From Escherichia coli (lineage in GTDB: Bacteria; Pseudomonadota; Gammaproteobacteria; Enterobacterales; Enterobacteriaceae), in NCBI RefSeq assembly GCF_011045215.1, contig NZ_CP049201.1: a stretch of DNA of 64,000 bases; one strand, given 5' to 3'. The translations under genes and the position numbers were made by a program. Below, in pieces: positions 55,824 to 64,000 of the stretch. The notes beneath the pieces were generated by a model. It was not told where the DNA came from. It saw nothing but the letters and a program-made list of their open reading frames with translations, and searched no databases. Positions within the stretch are counted from its first letter, which is position 1, and each line of letters starts with the position of its first letter.

Positions 55824-56214
55824 AATTATGCTCACACCGTTTCACGTTGACCGCCATTTTTACGATCTGGTTTACGGTGCTTCATTTTTTGCGGATGCAT
55901 TACCTGCAATGAATGATATCAAGCAGCAGCGGCTTTATTGTCGATTATTGCAATTAAATCTGGTTGTTTTATTTGAAAAACGGTCGCGGGATATTCCCCC
56001 AATTCAGTCGAGTAAAATAAAAATCGCTGATGAGGTTATATTTCTTAATGTCGATAATATTTATCATGCGCTTTCCCTGACTGCCGGGCTGATAAGTCAG
56101 GATATCAGTAAGGGGATGGAAAAAGAACTGGCTGAATATATCAGGGATATTATTAGTATTATTTTTAATGAAATGCGAATGCAGATGGTTGATTATGATC
56201 CATATGAAATGTGA
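55816..56214 (+). CDS. Hypothetical protein
   Basis: 132 aa ORF in operon string. Confidence 0.4.
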   Translation: MSEIMLTPFHVDRHFYDLVYGASFFADALPAMNDIKQQRLYCRLLQLNLVVLFEKRSRDIPPIQSSKIKIADEVIFLNVDNIYHALSLTAGLISQDISKGMEKELAEYIRDIISIIFNEMRMQMVDYDPYEM

Positions 56215-56310
56215 GACGAATAAAACAATAATCGATTTATAAGAACTGAAAAATATTTAATTATAACCGTATTTTAACGGGGGATAATTACGCCCCTGTA
56301 AGGAAAATAT

Positions 56311-56580
56311 ATGTCTGATTTGAATACCATTGCTGTTAATAGTGCTGAAAAATATCTTAGCCTTGAGTGCTTCCATAAACTCAACCGCGCAAGGAATGTT
56401 TCATTCCAGATGCATTTACAGATCCGTCAGTGTGAGATAAACGGCCTGCCACTTTTATGGATTCCAGATATTTTCAGCTATATCAGCGAAGACATATCCG
56501 CCGTTCTGGAAGAAGCCAAAGTACTTGGCCTTTGCGATAAGTTCACAGGCGAAGCCCGGATCGGTCAGGTCAGTCTTTAA
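56311..56580 (+). CDS. Hypothetical protein
   Basis: 89 aa ORF upstream of primase. Confidence 0.35.
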   Translation: MSDLNTIAVNSAEKYLSLECFHKLNRARNVSFQMHLQIRQCEINGLPLLWIPDIFSYISEDISAVLEEAKVLGLCDKFTGEARIGQVSL

Positions 56581-56613
56581 TTTTTTGTATTCCGCGCCGC
56601 CCGCTGCGGCGCA

Positions 56614-59376
56614 TTGTCTTACCCATTAATAAAGGTCATACCGATGCAAGGTAAAAAAGTTTCACAGACAGCAGGACGCGCGGCGGGCCAGTGGGAAAAT
56701 ATTCTTGAACACCTGGGGATTACTGTTCCTGCGGGTGGTCTTCATGGCCCCTGCCCGATCTGCGGCGGTAAAGATCGTTTTCGCTTTGATAATAAAAAAG
56801 GGCGTGGAACCTGGTTCTGCAACCAGTGCGGCCACGGTGACGGGCTGGATCTGGTCAAACTGGCGCTTTCGCTGGACACCGGGCCAGCCGCTGATCGAGT
56901 TGCTGAATTACTTCCGGCCCTTCCTCCGCCTGCGGTCATGCAGCCTGCCAGAAAAGAAGCCAGTGACGAAGGTCGCCCACATGACTACTGGCAACGCCTC
57001 TTTGCCCGTACTCAGCCGGGGGAAAGCCCTTACCTTACGGCGCGGGGGCTGACAGGTTTTGAACTGCCGCTGACCGTTCAGGAGATGAAAACCGCTGGCG
57101 GTGTTTTTCCGGCTGGTTCGCTTTTATTACCGATCACGGACACCGAAGGACGGATGACCGGTGCACAGCTTATCGGCCCGGACAAGGTAAAAGGCTTATG
57201 TGCTGGCACCAGGAAAAAAGGGCGTTTTATCTCTGTCGGGCCGTTCCCGGAGAAAATGCCCGCGCGGATCATTATCTCGGAAGGCTTTGCCACTGCGTTA
57301 AGCGCATCCCTGCTTTCAGAGGGCTGGAGTATTGCGGCGCTGGATAAAGGCAACCTGAAAGACGTTGCGGAGCAAATCCGCCAGAAATGGCCGGACGTGC
57401 AGATCGTTATTGCCGGTGATAATGACTTTTCTGACGGTAAACCCAATCAGGGGAAAGAGTCTGCGATCAAAGCTGCACTGGCCGTTAAGGGATGGATGAC
57501 CATTCCTCCCGGACGGATCAAAGTTGACTGGGATGATTACCGCCGTGAATTTGGCCTCCAGCGCGCCCGTGACGCATTCGCGGAAGAACTGCTTAACCCG
57601 GCAGACACCGAAACGCGTTTACCGCATGGTTTCCGCCTGACGAAGGATTATCTTTGGTTTGATCGCCCGCTCAGTGACGGTAGCGAAAGCGGCCAGACTC
57701 GCCAGGTGAAGATATGTAGCCCGCTCAAAGTGACGGCCATCACCAGCGACGGCGAAGGCGGTAAATTCGGGCGTCTGCTTGAGTGGGAAGACTCCAGCGG
57801 ATTACGGCATGAATGGGCGATGCCAATGACAGTGCTTGCCGGAAGCGGTCAGGAGCTGCGGGAGGTTCTGCTTGATAACGGAATGCACTTTATCAGCGTG
57901 AACGGCGCGGCGCGTAGCTATCTGATGGAATACATTTCTAACTGTCGCCCGGTTCGCCGCGTCACCTGCGTTGAAAAAACAGGCTGGTTTAGCGGTGCGT
58001 ATGTTCTCCAGGATGAGGTGATCGGCAGCGATGCCGGATCGGTCATCCTCCAGTCTGCTATGTCGTCTAAAAATGACTTCCGGGTGAGCGGAACGGTGGC
58101 GGAATGGGCGCAACACGTCGGGCGCTATTGTGCCGGAAATTCCCGCCTGGTGTTCTGCGTCAGTCTGGCGCTGGCCGCGCCGTTACTGAATATTATTGGT
58201 GTTGGCGGCGGCGGTTATCACCTTAAGGGCGAATCCACGGACGGCAAGACAACCACAATGAAGGTAGCGGCGTCTGTCTGCGGCGGGCCTGATTTCTGGA
58301 AAACGTGGCGGGCAACCGGAAACGCGCTGGAAGGTATTGCGCTACGCCGTAATGATGCCGCCCTGATGCTGGATGAAATCAGCGAAGTTGACGGCAGAGA
58401 GGCTAGCCGGATCGCCTATATGCTGGGGAACGGGCAGGGCAAAGCAAGGGGGCGCGTTGATGGCAGCGTCCGCGATCCGGTGACCTGGACATTGCTTTAC
58501 CTGTCCACCGGGGAAATCTCTATTGCGGAACATGCCGCCGAAGCCGGAGAAAAGCGAACCGGCGCGGGTGTCGGTGTGCGTATGGTGCAAATCCCCAGCG
58601 ATACCGGAAAACATGGCGCTTTCGAAAATCTCCACGGCATGGAAGGCGGTAAAGCGTTTGCGGAATACCTTGAACAGACCTGTAAACAATATTACGGCGC
58701 GCCGTTCCGCGAATGGTTGCGCTGGCTGGCGGCAAATCTGACGGAAACCGCGAACCGGGCGCGGGCAATGAAAAAAGAGTATGAACGGACATTATTACCC
58801 GAAGATTCCGGCAAGCAGGTTGGGCGCATTGTGGATCGCTTTGCACTGTTGGCCGTTGCGGGGGAACTGGCGAGTGAAGCGGGGATCACAGGCTGGCAAC
58901 CAGGAGAAGCGTATAACGCTGCAAGAAGCTGTCTGGCGGCATGGCTTAACGATCGTGGACATGCGGCCAACCAGGAAGAAGCCGACGCGCTGGAGAAGGT
59001 GCGGCGCTTTATTACGGCCAATCAGTACACACGCTTTGCTGACTGGTATGACGAGAAAAACCGCCCGTCAAATATGGTTGGCTTTCGCCGGGTGGAGAAA
59101 GGCGGGAACGGTATTGGCATGAGCAAAAAGGAGAACAGCGGCGATACTGTTAAAGACGGGGACGCCACTAAAGAGCCGGAAACCACATTTTATATCCTGC
59201 CCAGCGGATGGAAGGAAATTTGCGGGACGTCGGACAGCGTTAAAACGGCGAGACTATGCGACGAGGCTGGATGGCTTGTAAAGGATGAAGATCGCCAGCG
59301 CCTACAACGTACAGTAAGACTACCGGAAATTGGCTTAAAGAAAGTGTATGTGTTCAGCGGCGAAGTGATCGGATAA
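56614..59376 (+). CDS. P4 alpha-like primase-helicase
   Basis: Zinc-binding CPICGG...CNQCGHGDG, TOPRIM-like IISEGFATA...AGDND, P-loop GESTDGKTT. Confidence 0.8.
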   Translation: MSYPLIKVIPMQGKKVSQTAGRAAGQWENILEHLGITVPAGGLHGPCPICGGKDRFRFDNKKGRGTWFCNQCGHGDGLDLVKLALSLDTGPAADRVAELLPALPPPAVMQPARKEASDEGRPHDYWQRLFARTQPGESPYLTARGLTGFELPLTVQEMKTAGGVFPAGSLLLPITDTEGRMTGAQLIGPDKVKGLCAGTRKKGRFISVGPFPEKMPARIIISEGFATALSASLLSEGWSIAALDKGNLKDVAEQIRQKWPDVQIVIAGDNDFSDGKPNQGKESAIKAALAVKGWMTIPPGRIKVDWDDYRREFGLQRARDAFAEELLNPADTETRLPHGFRLTKDYLWFDRPLSDGSESGQTRQVKICSPLKVTAITSDGEGGKFGRLLEWEDSSGLRHEWAMPMTVLAGSGQELREVLLDNGMHFISVNGAARSYLMEYISNCRPVRRVTCVEKTGWFSGAYVLQDEVIGSDAGSVILQSAMSSKNDFRVSGTVAEWAQHVGRYCAGNSRLVFCVSLALAAPLLNIIGVGGGGYHLKGESTDGKTTTMKVAASVCGGPDFWKTWRATGNALEGIALRRNDAALMLDEISEVDGREASRIAYMLGNGQGKARGRVDGSVRDPVTWTLLYLSTGEISIAEHAAEAGEKRTGAGVGVRMVQIPSDTGKHGAFENLHGMEGGKAFAEYLEQTCKQYYGAPFREWLRWLAANLTETANRARAMKKEYERTLLPEDSGKQVGRIVDRFALLAVAGELASEAGITGWQPGEAYNAARSCLAAWLNDRGHAANQEEADALEKVRRFITANQYTRFADWYDEKNRPSNMVGFRRVEKGGNGIGMSKKENSGDTVKDGDATKEPETTFYILPSGWKEICGTSDSVKTARLCDEAGWLVKDEDRQRLQRTVRLPEIGLKKVYVFSGEVIG

Positions 59377-59469
59377 GACCTGCTGACACCGCTATAACTA
59401 ACGGTGTTGGCCAGCTTCCGGCCCTGGAAACATAGCCAGCCAGGAAGAAGTGATCGCACGTATCATATT

Positions 59470-59690
59470 TTTTAGTGGAAACAGTGGGAACATAGGGAAC
59501 AGACTTGATTTATAAAGGTTTTATTTGTTCCCAATTACTGTTCCCATATGGTAACAGGTGGTAATGTATTTTAAATCATATGGTTATGTTGATATGCAAA
59601 GCGTTGTTCCCAGTTGTAAAAGAGAGATGGGAACAGGAAAAAGGTATAAATATCAACACTGTTACCATTGTTCCCACTGTTTCCACCATT
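59470..59690. repeat. Iteron cluster (TGTTCCCA / TGGGAACA), crr/ori-like
   Basis: At least 9 copies in both orientations directly downstream of primase. Confidence 0.6.
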
Positions 59691-59724
59691 TTTGACAATA
59701 ACAATATTTAATTTCGGGGAAAAT

Positions 59725-59741
59725 GCTTTTCCCTGGCTGGC
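59725..59741. repeat. 17-bp direct repeat GCTTTTCCCTGGCTGGC (copy 1)
   Basis: Perfect match to 62005-62021. Confidence 0.6.
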
Positions 59742-59760
59742 TAACATCAAAGGTAAAGAA

Positions 59761-60726
59761 ATGAGCATTAAGAAACGTCCTGATGGAAAATGGCTGGTAG
59801 ATATGCGGCCCGCAGGTCGTAAAGGAAAACGTATTCGCAGGGTTTTTAACAGGAAATCGGAGGCCCTGGCATTTGAGATGTATTACCTGGTCCGTTCTCA
59901 ATCGCCGGAATGGGCAACGAACTTCACAGACCGCAGATTATTAAGCGATTTGCGTAAAACATGGTGGGACCTGTTTGGACACGCCAGAAATAACGCAGAA
60001 ACTGAAAAGCGCCAGCTTGATAAAACCATCCGGCAGATGGGAGATCCACCAGTTAACCGGCTTACAATCCGCTTCATTCTGGAATTCAGAGCAGGCCGTG
60101 TTTCAGGGAAATTAAAGGCATCCACGATAAATCGCGATATGTACCGGTTATCAGGCATGTTTACCGAATTAATTAAAGCAGGTGAGTGTAAAAATAATCC
60201 GTTCCGTAGTCTTGAACCGTTAAAGGAAGAACCTTCCGCAGTAACGTTTCTGACCCACGAAGAAATTAGCATGTTACTGGAAAAACTGGAGGGAGATTCG
60301 CGTAAGCTGGCGTTACTGTGTCTTAATACTGGGGCGCGTTTCAGTGAAGCCGCGAATCTAACGGCTGAAATGGTTAACAACCGTCGTGTAACGTTTATTA
60401 AGACAAAGAACGGGAAGCAGCGGACAATACCCATTTCATCTGAACTCGAAAAGGAAATAAAAACAAAAAATTCAGGTCAACTTTTCACGGTGGATTATAA
60501 ATGGTTTTCCCGCAGGTTGAAGGCAATCAAACCGGATTTACCGGATGGACAGGCAACGCATGTATTACGACATACTTTCGCCAGTCATTTCATTATGAAT
60601 GGGGGAAATATTGTTGTATTAAAAGAGATTCTTGGACATGCCAATATTCAGCAAACTATGATTTATGCACACTTTGCGCCTGAATTTCTGGCGCAGGCTG
60701 TAACATTGAATCCATTTAGTAAGTAA
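59761..60726 (+). CDS. Tyrosine integrase (second integrase of the region)
   Basis: N-terminal MSIKKRPDGKWLVD arm-binding-like region; C-terminal HVLRHTFASH... Confidence 0.8.
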   Translation: MSIKKRPDGKWLVDMRPAGRKGKRIRRVFNRKSEALAFEMYYLVRSQSPEWATNFTDRRLLSDLRKTWWDLFGHARNNAETEKRQLDKTIRQMGDPPVNRLTIRFILEFRAGRVSGKLKASTINRDMYRLSGMFTELIKAGECKNNPFRSLEPLKEEPSAVTFLTHEEISMLLEKLEGDSRKLALLCLNTGARFSEAANLTAEMVNNRRVTFIKTKNGKQRTIPISSELEKEIKTKNSGQLFTVDYKWFSRRLKAIKPDLPDGQATHVLRHTFASHFIMNGGNIVVLKEILGHANIQQTMIYAHFAPEFLAQAVTLNPFSK

Positions 60727-60754
60727 CTGCGGATTTTCTTTTGAATGTACAAAA

Positions 60755-61012
60755 CTAACGTTGAAGTAATTCTTTCATGACCGTTTTTTGTTCCGGCGTC
60801 ATCATGTCAATCATTGTTTTTACTGCTTTATCCCCAGTCAGAGCGCTGGGGCTTAGCGTATGGGAGAACGTCATATTCATAACGAAGGTATGCCCACATT
60901 CAACATTATTACAGGCACAATACATATCAGACAGGTGGGGATGCTTGCGCACTGTCTTTTTTGTTGTTGAATTACTTCCACACTCAGGACAAACAATTTT
61001 ATGGCTGCGCAT
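60755..61012 (-). CDS. Ogr/Delta-family zinc-finger late-gene activator-like protein
   Basis: CPEC...CACNNVEC zinc-finger spacing resembling P2 Ogr; start uncertain. Confidence 0.5.
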   Translation of the reverse strand: MRSHKIVCPECGSNSTTKKTVRKHPHLSDMYCACNNVECGHTFVMNMTFSHTLSPSALTGDKAVKTMIDMMTPEQKTVMKELLQR

Positions 61013-61432
61013 AATAATCACCACTCGTAAAAGGCGCATTATTATACCACTATTTGCATTAAACAAAAAAAAGAAATTGATATAAATTATCAATAATATC
61101 ATCGTGTTATGTCATTCCATTCTTTCTTTGCTTTTAACTTAGTGTCACGCAATTTGATTTTTTTTGTTTTAATTTTCATATGGTTACGTTATTTTGATTA
61201 AAGATTGAATTTTACGATGACTGTAATTATTGAAATCCTTTTCAACTGATTGCATTTTTTTCAGTCTCAAATTTCATGTAAAACCCCGTTTAACGCCTGT
61301 TCTGGCGCTTCTTTCCTGCAATTTTCCAAACTGAAAAAATTCTCACTACGTAAACACCGTGGGCGTGCGGGTGAGCGCGGTTTTGGTCCCGCTGGCGTTT
61401 GCGTCGTAACAAGTCAGAAACATACAACCACA

Positions 61433-61450
61433 TGTACAACTAGCTGTACA
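61433..61450. promoter_or_regulatory. Putative TA operator: two TGTACA palindromes
   Basis: TGTACAactagcTGTACA upstream of yefM-like start. Confidence 0.5.
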
Positions 61451-61495
61451 TATGCAATACTTACGACGTAATAACTTGGCGGACGGAAAAACACT

Positions 61496-61741
61496 ATGCA
61501 ACACGTAAACTATACCGATGCTCGACAGCATTTAGCTGACCTGATGCAGCAGGCTAATGATGATCGTGCGCCAATCCTGGTTACGCGTAAGGGTGCTAAA
61601 AGCGTAGTAATGATCGATGCGGAAGAGTTCGCATCGATTCAGGAAACGTTACACCTGTTCAGTAACCCGGCGAACGCCGCACACATTGAAGCCAGCCTTG
61701 CATCGCTCGAACGCGGCGATTATGAGGAACTGGACATTTAA
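61496..61741 (+). CDS. YefM/Phd-family antitoxin
   Basis: 81 aa; ATGA overlap with toxin gene. Confidence 0.7.
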   Translation: MQHVNYTDARQHLADLMQQANDDRAPILVTRKGAKSVVMIDAEEFASIQETLHLFSNPANAAHIEASLASLERGDYEELDI

Positions 61742-62001
61742 TGAAAGTCAGGATATCCCCGCAGGCAAAAGGCGATCTTCAGTACTGGGCTGAGAATGAC
61801 CCAAAGACGTATAACAAGGTAATGGAGCTAATCAAATCGGCTAAGGAAAGCCCCTTCAAGGGGATAGGGAAGCCGGAGGCGCTAAAGCATCGTAAGCCGC
61901 TTTGGTCACGTCGAATCACGAAAGAACATCGCCTGGTGTATTACGTTGAGCAAGGCGATCTGTACATTGTTGCGTGTCGCTATCACTACACCACGATTTA
62001 A
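61741..62001 (+). CDS. YoeB/Txe-family toxin (mRNA interferase)
   Basis: KGKPE.LKH...WSRRIT.EHRLVY...ACRYHY motif. Confidence 0.75.
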   Translation: MKVRISPQAKGDLQYWAENDPKTYNKVMELIKSAKESPFKGIGKPEALKHRKPLWSRRITKEHRLVYYVEQGDLYIVACRYHYTTI

Positions 62002-62004
62002 ACA

Positions 62005-62021
62005 GCTTTTCCCTGGCTGGC
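62005..62021. repeat. 17-bp direct repeat GCTTTTCCCTGGCTGGC (copy 2)
   Basis: Perfect match to 59725-59741. Confidence 0.6.
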
Positions 62022-62320
62022 GGGTTTACCTTAACTTTGCCAGCACTGTTTAAACGCCCGCCGCTCTCTCCCAAATACAGTATAAAAAGCAATCAATTAT
62101 TGTGGACGTAAAAGCGCATGGGGGTACAATTGGGGGTACGTTGGTTATCCATTATGTAATAAATTCATAATAAACATGGTGTTATATTGCATGTTTAACT
62201 CTTATTATCTACCCCATATTCAAATACACCACGTTTCCTCCTGTGCCGTATTTATGCCATTGTAACCCTGGCAATTAATCAAAATACTGTTCTGACATCA
62301 GGCAATGCAGGTGCAGACAT

Positions 62321-63220
62321 TTAAGCCAATTGCTGCCGCCATTCCTTAACGTGGTCAATCAGAGCGCGGAGCTTTGGTGCAATATTGCGACGCTGTGGGA
62401 AATACAGATAGAAGCCCGGAAATTGTGGAAGAAAGTCATCAAGCAGAGATACAAGCTTACCGCTTTCAATATATGGCCTGAAAGTTTCCTGAGTGGCAAT
62501 TGTTATTCCTCCGCCGGCAAGAGCCAGCCTCAACATCAGACGCAGATCATTAGTCGTAATCTGTGGTTCAATCGCAAGGTCGAAAGCTCTCCCGTTTTCT
62601 TCAAATGGCCAGCGATAAGGCGCAACATCCGGGGATTGACGCCAGCCGATACACTTATGATTCACAAGTTCACGCGGATGAACAGGTGTGCTGTTGGCTG
62701 CGAGATAGGAGGGAGAGGCAACGACCATTTCACGCTGACTGCCGGTAAGGGGCACAGCAATCATGTCTTTTTCAATGACCTCTCCGAGCCTTACGCCAGC
62801 ATCGTAACCTGCGGCCACGATATCGAATTCCTCATCCGTGACAACAATATCAAGCGTAACGGCTGGATTGGCTGCTGCAAACGAAGCGATTAGCGGACCT
62901 GAAAGAAATTCTTCAGCTATTGACGTCACTGCGATTCTGAGAAGTCCACGTGGTACATGATCAGAAACCATCTCTTCGAACGCTGTCTCAATACCGGATA
63001 AAGGTAATGACAGCGATTTATGCAGCCGTTCTCCTGCTTCTGTCAAATTAACTGAGCGCGTGGTCCGCATTACAAGCATTGTCCCGAATGCATCTTCAAG
63101 GCGTCTTATTCCCTGACTGACCGCTGAACGGGTAACGCCCAGCCGTGCGGCGGCTTTACTGAAATTACTCTCTTCTGCTACCGCGATAAAAATGGGTAAA
63201 AGATTAAGATCGATTTTCAT
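62321..63220 (-). CDS. LysR-family transcriptional regulator
   Basis: N-terminal HTH, LysR substrate-binding-sized C-terminus; divergent from dehydrogenase gene. Confidence 0.8.
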   Translation of the reverse strand: MKIDLNLLPIFIAVAEESNFSKAAARLGVTRSAVSQGIRRLEDAFGTMLVMRTTRSVNLTEAGERLHKSLSLPLSGIETAFEEMVSDHVPRGLLRIAVTSIAEEFLSGPLIASFAAANPAVTLDIVVTDEEFDIVAAGYDAGVRLGEVIEKDMIAVPLTGSQREMVVASPSYLAANSTPVHPRELVNHKCIGWRQSPDVAPYRWPFEENGRAFDLAIEPQITTNDLRLMLRLALAGGGITIATQETFRPYIESGKLVSLLDDFLPQFPGFYLYFPQRRNIAPKLRALIDHVKEWRQQLA

Positions 63221-63318
63221 TGTTTAATGCCGCTAACCACTGAGTACATTGAAAGCAGGATACTGGAACCAATCATAAAGTTCTATTCTCTCTCCGAACA
63301 CATTTGAAGGAGAACGTA

Positions 63319-63999
63319 ATGGATAAGGTCATATTAATTACCGGCGCATCAAGTGGTATTGGGGAAGGTATTGCCAGAGAGCTTGGACCGACAGGTGCAA
63401 AGGTTTTACTGGGAGCACGCAGAGTTGAGCGTATCGAAGCCATTGCAACCGAAATTTGCCGCGCAGGAGGAATTGCTAAAGCGCGGGAGTTGGATGTCAC
63501 AGACCGACAGTCCATGGCAGATTTCGTGCAAGTAGCGCTGGATAGCTGGGGGCGAGTTGATGTTCTTATCAATAATGCGGGCGTTATGCCGCTTTCACCG
63601 CTTGCAGCAGGAAAACAGGATGAATGGGAGCTCACTATTGACGTGAATATCAAAGGTGTACTGTGGGGAATTGGCGCTGTACTTCCGGTGATGGAAGCAC
63701 AGGGTTCCGGTCAGATAATCAATCTTGGTTCTATTGGTGCCCTTTCTGTTGTGCCCACAGGCGCAGTCTATTGTGCATCAAAATTTGCAGTACGGGCTAT
63801 TTCTGATGGCTTACGGCAGGAAAGCTCGAAAATCCGTGTGACCTGCGTAAATCCTGGCGTTGTCGAAAGTGAACTGGCTTCAACCATTACCCATGTGGAA
63901 ACCATGAAGGCAATGGACGCCTACCGTTCTGTTGCACTTCAACCTGCGGATATTGCCCGTGCGGTAAGGCATATTATTGAATCTCCCGAAAGCGTTGAT
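63319..63999 (+). CDS. Short-chain dehydrogenase/reductase (partial, continues beyond window)
   Basis: TGASSGIGEGIA Rossmann motif and YCASK active-site motif; no stop in window. Confidence 0.75.
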   Translation, partial: MDKVILITGASSGIGEGIARELGPTGAKVLLGARRVERIEAIATEICRAGGIAKARELDVTDRQSMADFVQVALDSWGRVDVLINNAGVMPLSPLAAGKQDEWELTIDVNIKGVLWGIGAVLPVMEAQGSGQIINLGSIGALSVVPTGAVYCASKFAVRAISDGLRQESSKIRVTCVNPGVVESELASTITHVETMKAMDAYRSVALQPADIARAVRHIIESPESVD

Positions 64000-64000
64000 A

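Larger units (their letters stand above)
50119..62220. mobile_element. P4-like satellite-type integrative element (about 12 kb), right boundary approximate
   Basis: P4-type integrase, AlpA, alpha-like primase, iterons, Ogr/Delta-like gene; GGGGGTA tandem motifs near both ends; degenerate att-like sequence near 62193-62218. Confidence 0.55.

Noticed and set aside
59470-59690. Possibility that the repeat cluster is a CRISPR array
   Set aside because: Units are 8 bp, in both orientations and irregularly spaced; no regular repeat-spacer structure and no cas genes.
59678-59700. CACCATTT near the iterons as a possible third copy of the tRNA-Thr att core
   Set aside because: Only 8 bp match; more parsimoniously part of the TGTTCCCA-type iteron array.

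Overview
Enterobacterial (E. coli-like) chromosome with a conserved core block followed by horizontally acquired DNA at the tRNA-Thr (thrW) integration site. Core, 1-10.1 kb: dinB (3-prime part), yafP, an rtcB-like fragment plus prfH, pepD, gpt, frsA, crl, phoE, proB, proA, thrW. From about 10.1 to 50.1 kb lies a roughly 40 kb lambdoid prophage: integrase and excisionase, early-left genes, a CI/Cro switch, an O-like replication gene with internal iterons, Dam-type methyltransferase, RusA, a Q-like antiterminator, a lambda-like lysis cassette, HNH-terminase packaging genes, HK97-type head genes, a Mu-like contractile tail and a tail-fibre region with a Pin/Gin-type invertase. It is bounded by a 49-bp direct repeat of the tRNA 3-prime end. 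Directly after the second repeat is a roughly 12 kb P4-like satellite-type element (P4-type integrase, AlpA, P4 alpha-like primase, iteron cluster, Ogr/Delta-like zinc finger, a second integrase, YefM/YoeB toxin-antitoxin), then a LysR regulator and a partial short-chain dehydrogenase. The most interesting candidates are accessory genes at classic moron positions: an AT-rich KAP-family P-loop NTPase inserted antisense between Q and the lysis genes, an AT-rich three-gene cassette between lysis and packaging, a GIY-YIG two-gene operon beyond the invertase, and a P2 gpN-like capsid gene with a coiled-coil partner inside the satellite. All protein calls come from reading motifs in the supplied translations; no database search was run, and GC statements are visual impressions, not computed values.
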